This document shows, piece after piece, positions 55,252 to 64,000 of a stretch of DNA of 64,000 bases; positions within the stretch are counted from its first letter, which is position 1, and each line of letters begins with the position of its first letter. Source of the DNA: Felis catus (lineage: Eukaryota); contig NC_058373.1 in the NCBI RefSeq assembly GCF_018350175.1, positions 112,346,001 to 112,410,000 on the forward strand, in the 5' to 3' direction. The translations under genes were made by a program, and so were the position numbers. The notes beneath the pieces are model-generated. The model was not told where the DNA came from. It saw only the letters and a list, made by a program, of their open reading frames with translations, and ran no database searches.

Positions 55252-56127
55252 AATAATCTAACCTTTTAATAATAAAATAATCAAATTTGGGAACTGCAAA
55301 AACACAAAGAAGAAAATAAAAAATTTCTGCATCCCTTCCATTTATAAATAATCATAACATTTTGCTGTAATTCCTTCAGTTTTGTTTTCTCTCTGCTTAT
55401 ATGTGCACGTATGTAAATATTTTACAAACCTTGGATCATACTGTAAGGAGTCTTTTCTTCATTGCCTTTTTCAACTTTATGAACATTTTTCCCATGCCAT
55501 TTAAATGGTTATACAATTTGCTGTTGAATGCCCGTATCATAAAATATGACTAAACTCCAACAGTTGGCCATTAGTTATATACGATTATATCATGAGTAGT
55601 GTTATGCTGAGCATCATTTTGTGTAAATTTTTCTACATGATTACTATTTTTTAGGATAAAGAGAATGGGATTTTAAATCATATATTGATTGTGGTACTTG
55701 CACAATCAGCTGTACTTTTATTTTATCTTGCAGCTATACTTCTGCAGCTATACTTTTATCTTAAATATTACCAAATTATATCTTTAAATAAATATTTATC
55801 TTGGTGATAAGATTTAATGCAAGGTTTAAATGTAAAGAAGGAAGCTTGTATTTCTTCATAACTAAAAATTTGATTACACATGTTATCATTAATGTTAAGA
55901 TTCCCTGAGGAGAATATTCTAGTACAGAGGAACAGAAGCTGTACAGTCAGCTGTACATTGCCCACTGTGATAAAATATGACTCTGTGCTACCTTTTAAAT
56001 ATATTATTTGTCATGGCCTTAGAGTATAAACAATTGGGTTTATAGTATTAGTCTGTGTGTCAGACTAAGCACCTTAATTAGATTATCTCATTTAATTTTT
56101 ACAGTGTTGTATGAACTATAAGTAATA

Positions 56128-56346
56128 TTTTTTTAAACATTTTTTTTAATGTTTGTTTATTTTTGAGAGACAGAGACAGAGTACGAGTGGGGGAGAGGTG
56201 GAGGGAGGTAGATAAAGAATCCAAAGCAGGCTGCAGACTCTGAGTTCTTAACACAGAGCCTGACATGGGGCTCGAACCCACGAACCGTGAGATCATGACC
56301 TGAGCCAAAGTTGGATGCTTAACCAGCTGAGCCGCCCAGGTGCCCT
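56128..56346 (-). mobile_element. Can-SINE
   Basis: SINEC core motifs. Confidence 0.92.
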
Positions 56347-56702
56347 AGTATTTTATTTTATAATGAGGAATTCTGATTGTTAGAAATTTTGCCAGAGTTC
56401 ATACAAAGTATAAGGGGTAAAACCTCTATTGCTCTATTGGAATGTAGGAACTCTGGCTCTAATATCTGCATTTGTAAACATGTACAATGGGAATGTATGT
56501 TGCTTAATACTACTCTCTTCCTTACTCTTAAAGTTTATTTTCTGATGTTTATCTCCTTTCATGGATTATCTTCATTAGCAAAAGGTGAAAAGTTTACTAT
56601 GTGTAATATATATATGCATACACATGTGTGTATGTATTCAGATATGAATATATATATACCTGCAAGCACAATTTAATATTAAACTTTTGATATTAAAATA
56701 AT

Positions 56703-56897
56703 GGGGCGCATGGGTGGCTCAGTCGGTTACGTGTCTGACTTCGGCTCAGGTCATGATCTCGCGGTTCGTGAGTTCGAGCCCCGCGTCAGGCTCTGTGCCT
56801 GGAGCCTGCTTCAGATTCTGTGTCTGCCCTTCCCCTGCTCATGCTGTCTCTCTCTGTCTCTCAATAATAAATAAACATTAAAAAACTTAAAAAAAAT
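56703..56897 (+). mobile_element. Can-SINE
   Basis: ggggcgcatgggtggctcag head, ggttcg B-box-like motif, A tail. Confidence 0.93.
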
Positions 56898-56999
56898 ACT
56901 AAAATAGTTACTTTGTAGGTTCTAGGTTATAGAATGATATTTATTGAATGAAATCTTGTTTCTGGCTATAATTGAAGTATAATTAAAATACAAATTTAG

Positions 57000-57212
57000 G
57001 GGCACCTGGGTGGCTCAGTGGGTTAGGTGTCTGACTCTTGGTTTCAACTGAGGTCATAATCTCACAGTTTGTAAGTTTGAGCCCCACATCGGGCTCTGCA
57101 CTGAGGTGTGGGGAGCCTGCTTGGGATTCTCTCTCTCTCTCTGCCCCCCTACCCTGCTAGTGCTTGGGCACGCGCGCTCTCTTTCTCTCTCAAAATAAAT
57201 AAACTTTTTAAC
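57000..57212 (+). mobile_element. Can-SINE
   Basis: SINEC core; perfect TSD aatacaaatttag. Confidence 0.94.
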
Positions 57213-58609
57213 AATACAAATTTAGCTCTCTCTCTCTCTAAAACTATTTTAGTAAAACAGATTTTGTTATTTCTTCATTAGATTAATATGCAGCTGTATT
57301 ATACTAGAAGTATTTATGTGTAATCTAAAATTATTCTTTAGTTTTAAGACAGTATTTTTATTATTGTTAAGGTGGACAATAATTTGTCCTTATAAAGCCT
57401 TTCAAAGAATAAAAGCTTTAATTGTGTATTTATCTTGAGTAGAAATATTCCAGATAAGAAACTAATATAGTTCAGGGATATATGTAGGGTAGTTTTTACT
57501 AGTAATTTAGTAATGTGTTTCTTTTTTTTTCTTCTTTAGCAGTTATAAGAAGGGCAGTGGTGATTTCTCTTGACTAAGGTTTATTCCTTTGAATATAAAA
57601 CATTATTTTCAGGACTATAGCCATAGGTTTTGGTGGTGGTGGTAGGGTTTTGATAGACATTTGCTGGATAAGATGCTCTTGACACCAGTATAAATCCATT
57701 TTGTTTTAACATTTCTATAAGGGCAACAGAGTATAGAAAATATACTCATTGCTATTTGGAGTACTTTGTGACAAATCTGGAATCTTTGCTTATGCTTTTA
57801 TGTAGTTCCATAACAAGGTTATTTTTAAAACAGCATATAAAACTGAAATTCCAACATTAATTGGATTGACACTTTTAGTTGTAATTTAACACCTCCAGTT
57901 GTAAATCTTGAGGAAATTGGCATTAGACTTCAACATATCCTGTTTTCAGTAGGTTAATGTTCTCAGTATTATATCGTATTGAGGAAAAGGAAAAGTATTT
58001 AGTGTTTAAATCTCTTCAGGGCTACATAACTTGATCATTGCTCTCTTGAAAATCTTAGCCATCAATTACCAATTCAAATGTCTGTGCCCTTGGCTCTGTA
58101 ATCTCCCTGGCATTGTTGTGTTAGAGCATTATTATCTTTTACAGGGACATTGTAATGCTTCCACACTATCCTTCACATTACTGCTAGGTTATTCTACAGG
58201 TTAGCTCTGATCCTGCCATTGCCAAACTTCAGTGTACAGAATGATTTCCAGTTGCCCAGTGTGTTTTCTTTGGCCTAACATTTCAGTCATGTTTTGGTGA
58301 TTTCATCTTCTGTCTACTTTTTCAGGTTTATCTCCCATTCTTTTTTTTTAAATTCCCATTATTCATTTCTTGGCATTACACTAAGCCAAAATGTTCCTTA
58401 AATAGTCCAATGTTAATAGTACTTTTACGATTTTGTTTACACTGTTTTCTTTTTCTGAAATGGCCTCTCCTTGTCTCATATTCAAAATCTATCAAATGTT
58501 CTCAGTTCTAATGACTTTTCCATGAAGGCCTTCAAACCAAGTTTCACTTTGTTTCTTTTTTATAAAGCTCATTTTCTCTCTTGTAGTTCCTCTACATATT
58601 TGTTACTCC

Positions 58610-59219
58610 TTCTATTTTTTAACTTTTCATTTTGGAAAATTTAAGGAATACAAAGTAAACAGTATGATGTACCTTCATGTGCCCATTACCCAGATACAGC
58701 AGGTATCATTATGGCATTCTTGTTTCATTTATATCTCCCTCTACTGTCCAACATCTGCTCAGTTATTGTTAATTCTTTGAGGTAAAATTTACATACATTA
58801 AAATTCATAAGTGTTAGCTCTCTAGTGTTGGCAATTAAGCACACACATGAACTTCCCTTTACTTCCATAATACAGAATATTTCTGTCTCTAGAAAGTTTT
58901 TCATGCTTTCCAGTCAGTCTTCCTACTCTGAGGCAAGCACTGTTTAATTTTTTTCACCATATATTTGTATCTTTCTTATTCTTCCAGTGTAAATGGAATT
59001 ATGCATGCTCTTTGTGTAAGGCTTCATTTGCTCAGCATAATGTTTCTGATATTTATCCCTTGTTATTGCTTGTTATTCCCATTTTGTTTCTGAATACTAT
59101 TGCCTTGTATGATTATTCTACAATTTATCTGTTTAGTTAATGGACATTTGTGGTTATTTTCAGTTTTTGGCTACTGTCAATACAGCTGCTGTGGATATTT
59201 GCATATGTCTTTTTGTGGA
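58610..59219 (-). mobile_element. Old L1 3' region (continues at 62380-62575)
   Basis: Antisense L1 motifs; ttttgtgga-TA-tgttttcatt rejoins across the DNA transposon insert. Confidence 0.75.
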
Positions 59220-59542
59220 TACAGTTGATTCTCATTATATGCATTAGGTATGTTCTCTAAAGTCACTGTGAACATTGAATTAGCTAATATAGAACCATTT
59301 CTTCTAGAGGAAATATAAGATTAGGTTCCTTTGAGCCTCTGGTCACTGTATTTTTGTCAAATGATCAAAAAGTAACCTTATTTCATGTGTGTTTCTGTTT
59401 AAAGCCACCTTATTCAATATATATATTGTTGATTAACACTGAATTCATGTCCAACAGCACTACACCTCATGTATATACATGAAGCTTATCTAAAATGTAT
59501 CTTTCCTTAAGGCATATCATAGCCTTCTAGCACTTTGGAATA

Positions 59543-59686
59543 TAGTAGACTTGGATTGCGAGTAACTTGTTTTGCAAGACGAGCAAACATCTCTAATAAA
59601 TTTTAACTTGTTAACAAGTGATGTTTTGTAATACGAGTAGTACATGATGCTGAATGTCACGTGGTCACAGTTGAGCCAGTGGTTCT

Positions 59687-59722
<36 letters not shown>

Positions 59723-62063
59723 TGTCTCTCTATGCAATTGTGGGTGATTATTTGCCATGCTTGGATGCTTGATCTCAGGTCGCAGTGTTTGGAGGCAATC
59801 GATTTTTCAGAACACTGGAAGGTGCCCACAACCGGCACTTGTGTGGTTTTTGTCATTTCAAAGCACCTATGGACAGTTCTTTGCTTTTCCATACAGGAGT
59901 AAGCTTAGGAATGCTTTGCTTCATTCTAGGTCAGGCTGCCTGCAGATATAGACCCTTTCCTCTGCTGCCTTATTGCCAGTTACATTAAATACAATATACG
60001 ACAAGAATTTATTAATACCGTAATGTAGTCAACATCCATGTGAGCGTATACAATGGCCCCCGTGCAGAAAAAAATTGAAAAGAAAGGCAGTAAGAAGAAG
60101 GAGATGATTGCAGTGGAAGTTAAGAAGGAAATCATATTTCATGAGAAATATGAACAATGTATGTGAGTGGCTGAAATTGGAAGATTTTATAAGAAGTCTA
60201 CATTGACCATTTGCACAATATTAAAGTAGAAAGAAGAAATCAGAGGGCTAGATGCAGCAAAAGGAGTCACGAGAATATCAAAGCAATGGCTACATGTTCT
60301 GGAAGATGTAGAAAAGTTGCTTCTGGTTTGGATAAATTAGAAGTAAGCAGCAGGTGATACTGTGACCAAGAACTTTATCTGTGAGAAGGCAAAGGCCTCA
60401 TATACCAACAGTGTAAGTAAACTGCCAGGTACGTCAACAGAAAACAAAGAAGTTTTCAAGGCAAGTAGGGGATGGTTTGATAACTTTAAGAGGAGAAGTG
60501 GCATCTATACTGTTGTGAAGCACAGAGAGGCTGAGAGTTCAGATGCTAAGGCAGCTGAGGCGTTCGCTGCCGAGTTCCAGTAGCTCGTGGTTTCTGAGTG
60601 TTACCTGTTGGAGTAAGTTTTTAACTGTAATGAAGACAGGGCTTTTCTGGAAAGAGATGCCAAAGAGAACCTACATTACAGGAGAAGATAATGAAATGCC
60701 AGGTCACAAGCCCATGAAAGACCATCTCACCCTCTTGTTTTGTGCTAATGCAAGCAGGGATTTCAAAGTCAAACCCCTGCTCATGTATCATTCTGAGAAT
60801 CTGCAAGCCCTCAAGAAACGCAAGGTGCAGAGGAGCCAGTTAAACATTATGTGGAGGTCCAACAGCAAGGCTTGGGTCACTTGTATCTTGTTTGTTGAGT
60901 GGATCAACGAGGTTTTTGGTCCTGCCACTCAAAGCCTTGCTGGTTATGAATAATGCTCCTGCTCATCCTCCAGGCTTTGAGGATGACTTACTGGAGGAAT
61001 TTGAGTTCATTAAGGTCAATTTCCTTCCTCCCAACACCGCACCAATCCTCCATCCCATGGATCAGCAGGTCATTTCAAACTTTAAAAAACTTTATACCAA
61101 AGCACTATTTCAGCAATGCTTTGAGGTGACCTAAGGAACAAACCTTACTCTCCAAGACTTTTAGAAAAATCATTTCCACATTGTGAACTGCTTCAAGATT
61201 ATTGATAAAAGCTAGGATGGGGTCACCAAGAGAACCTTTAATTCTGCTTGGAGAAAACTGTGGCCTGATGTGTTTTTGGACATGACTTAGAGGGGCTTGC
61301 TTATGAACAGGCGCCGCCAGTTGTCTGAAATTGTGTCCTTGGGGAAGACCATGGGACTGGAGGTGAATGAGGATGCCATTCAAGAACTGGTGGAGGAACA
61401 TGGCCAGGAGCTGACAACTGACAAACTGATGGATCTGTGTTGTGAGCAACAGCAAGTGGTTATGGAGGAGATCTCCTGTGCAGAGGAGGAGAAAAAATGG
61501 TGAAGTGGAGGAATCCCTCACTTCACATGAGATTAGGGAGTTGTGTAAAATGTGGGAAACTGCAAAATTTTGTAAAAAAACACCACCGAATAAGGCTGTA
61601 GTAGTGCGAGTGATTAATCTGGTTAATGACAATGCAATGTCACATTTCCACAAAATCCTCAAAAGGAGGCAAAAGCAAGTGTCATTGGATAGGTTCCTTG
61701 TTAAAGTTGCATGAAGGAAAAAGATTCCATCAAGCCAACAGATAGCAGTAATTCCATTAGTGAGACTGAGAATTGTCCTACATGATAACCCTCTTCTCTC
61801 TCATCTCCCTCACACTACCCATGAAGGTTTTTAAAGGTAAGTACAGGTTAATTTGTTTATTTTTCTTTATATTTTGTATTTTCTTTATTATTTTGTATTA
61901 CATTACAGTATTGTGATCATTTTTATATGAATATTTTTGGGTTGTGGAATGAATCATCTGAGTTTCCATTATTTCTTATGGGGAAATTCTCTTTGATATA
62001 CAGTGCTTTGGATTACAAGCATGCTTCTGGAATGAATTATGCTCGCAAACCAAGGTTTTACTG
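59543..62063 (+). mobile_element. Near-full-length Tigger/pogo DNA transposon (about 2.5 kb)
   Basis: TA TSDs (59541-42 and 62064-65); TIRs tagtagacttggattgcgag / ctcgcaaaccaaggttttactg; internal transposase. Confidence 0.92.
60053..61714 (+). pseudogene. Tigger/pogo transposase (CENP-B-like HTH plus DDE domain), multiple stops and frameshifts
   Basis: FKASRGWFDNFKRR, TGLFWKEMPKRTYI, HKPMKDHLTLLFCANA, NAPAHP, FLPPNT..L.PMDQ.VI, RRQKQVSLDRF. Confidence 0.93.
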
Positions 62064-62647
62064 TACTTGATAGCAGTTCAGTACTGTAATAGGGGCCATT
62101 CTAAACAGAAGTATCCCCAACACAAAGCACAATAACACAAAAAACATGGCACTAAAGAAACTACAACAAGGATACTCATTTACAATATGAGAGTTAAAAC
62201 AGGGCAGTGTGTTACCTTATTCAACTTCAGATGAGAATGTTGGGCAACTAAAAATTTTCTTTATTCTGTGCATGTCCATAAATTGTGAAATATTGCCAAT
62301 ATTAATTATTGGGTTACAAATGAATTTTAGTGAGTAGGCAAATTCACAAACATGGATTCTTTGAATATTGAAGATTGTATGTTTTCATTGGTCATGGATA
62401 CATATAAGCAGAATTATTGGTCAAATAGTATTTTTAACTTTATATGATACTGCCAATATTTTCCCAAAGTAGTTGTATGATTTTTAATTCCCAACAGCAA
62501 TGAATAAAAGTTCTAGTTGTTTCATGTGCTCACAAGTATCTGGTATTATCATTACTTAATTTTAACTATTGTATTGCTCTTTTAATATTTACCGGCTGTA
62601 ATTATTTGTTTGTGTCTTGTCTTTTCCTCCATCTCCCTACTGAAAGC

Positions 62648-62844
62648 TTTTTTTTTTTTTAATGTTTATTTATTTTTGAGAGTGCACAAGTTGGGGAGAG
62701 GCAGAGGGAGAGAGATGGACAGAGCATCCAAAGCAGGCTTTGTGCTGACAGCAGCAAGCCCATTGTGGGCTCAAACTCAAGAATCTTGAGATATGACATG
62801 AGCTGAAGTCAGACGCTCAACTGACTGAGCCACCCAGGCACCCC
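62648..62844 (-). mobile_element. Can-SINE
   Basis: SINEC core; TSD aaagcttttt. Confidence 0.92.
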
Positions 62845-63279
62845 AAAGCTTTTTGATGGCAGCATATAATTCACCTTTGTTTTTGCCACTCTGATATTTT
62901 TGAGAGGTTCTATATAGCCTTGTTGCTAAGTGTGCAAACGTTGGACCCAGCTCGCCTACGTTCAAAGCTCAGCTCTTCACCAATTAAAAGTTTTTGAGAT
63001 CTTGACAATAAAAATAACATAGTAGTAAATGAACTTTTCATAATTAATTAATTGGGTTTCCCAACAAACAATTAAATTTAGAAATCAAGCTTCTTTTGGG
63101 TTGATCAACTTGTCCCAGATCAAACAAGTAGGAAGTAGTAGAAAGATTTCAACCTAGGCTTAACTAATGCCAAAGCCTATATGCTCTTAACTACCATACA
63201 ACATAGTACTGCCACCTGAATCCCACTTTAAAACCTACTCTATGTCATTAAATTTATTTACTATTCTTAATTAAGATGT

Positions 63280-64000
63280 AAAGGAATGAAGATACATCTT
63301 TAAATATTGAGCTTTGTGATTCATGAATTTGATGTTTCTTTCCACTTAGTTATTTTAATTTTTTCTGAATAAAAGTGCATAATTTTCAGTGTGGAGATTT
63401 TACATATCTTTCATTAGACATAATGAAATGAAAGGTTATGAATGGTTATGTGATATCTTTTGATGCTTTTGTAAGTGGTATCATTTTGAAAATCTTCATT
63501 TCTAATTGCTTGTTGCTATTAATTTTTTACATTAACCTTATACCCTTTAATTTTGCTAAATTCACTTGTTAATTCTCATGGTTTGTGTATTTTTTGCATA
63601 TATTCTTTATTGTATTGCCTAGCACCACCTGTTCATTTTTGTATAGAAATAATTGTGGATATTTTTGTTTCATTCCTAATTTGAAAGGGGAAGTTTTAAA
63701 CATTTCACCATTAAGTGTAATGTTTGCTTTAGGGTTTTTGTAGGTATCCTTTGTAGATACCAGTTAAGGAAGTTTCCTTCTATTAGTAGTGGACTCAGAG
63801 TAGTTAACATGAATGGATGTTGAATTTAATTAATTTTTTTGTTACAAATATGAGGTGTTAATGTTTTTCTCCTTTAAAAGAAAAAATATTAAATAAATTG
63901 TGTGGATTGGCTTTTAAAATACGAAACCAACTTTATATTCCAATAAACTTGACTGTATGTATTTTGTAATCACTGGATTTAATGTGCTAATATTGTGTTG
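63280..64000 (-). mobile_element. Old L1 ORF2 fragment
   Basis: Antisense motifs catttcaccattaagt, gttaaggaagtttccttctatt. Confidence 0.7.

Larger units (their letters stand above)
59222..62377. mobile_element. Older Tigger-family MITE (59222-59540 plus 62066-62377), split by a younger Tigger
   Basis: TA-flanked; left end cagttgattctcatta, right end gaatattgaagattg as degraded TIRs. Confidence 0.7.

Noticed and set aside
56703..56790. tRNA-like A/B boxes
   Set aside because: Head of a tRNA-derived SINE, not a tRNA gene
61105..61662. 185-aa minus-strand ORF in the Tigger
   Set aside because: Antisense shadow of the transposase; no recognisable motif
60053..61714. Domesticated TIGD/CENP-B-like host gene
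   Set aside because: Multiple stops and frameshifts, altered catalytic residues and retained TIRs indicate a decayed transposon
3794..62965. Many short ORFs containing GAWVAQSVKRLT / SSPASGSVL-like peptides
   Set aside because: These are translations of Can-SINE sequence, not genes

Overview
AT-rich mammalian genomic DNA, almost certainly felid (cat-like), judged from about 31 tRNA-derived Can-SINEs (SINEC_Fc-type) and a feline-type L1. No host protein-coding exon can be supported. The window is mostly transposable-element sequence. Main contents: (1) a 5.5-kb L1 with both ends, a 14-bp TSD, inactivated ORF1/ORF2 and an unusually short 5'UTR (31529-37038); (2) many older truncated L1s; (3) an ERV-L relic (dUTPase plus 3' LTR); (4) a solo LTR with a 6-bp TSD; (5) MaLR and MER21-like LTRs; (6) hAT elements; (7) a near-full-length decayed Tigger/pogo transposon nested in an older Tigger MITE, itself nested in an L1. 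SINEs are strongly biased to the minus strand (about 27:4), suggesting a long intron of a + strand gene. I found no convincing novel biological system. The best leads are the possibly spliced L1 5'UTR, the DD36D-spaced Tigger and the class II-like solo LTR. Subfamily names come from recalled consensus similarity, not a database search, and boundaries without a TSD are approximate.
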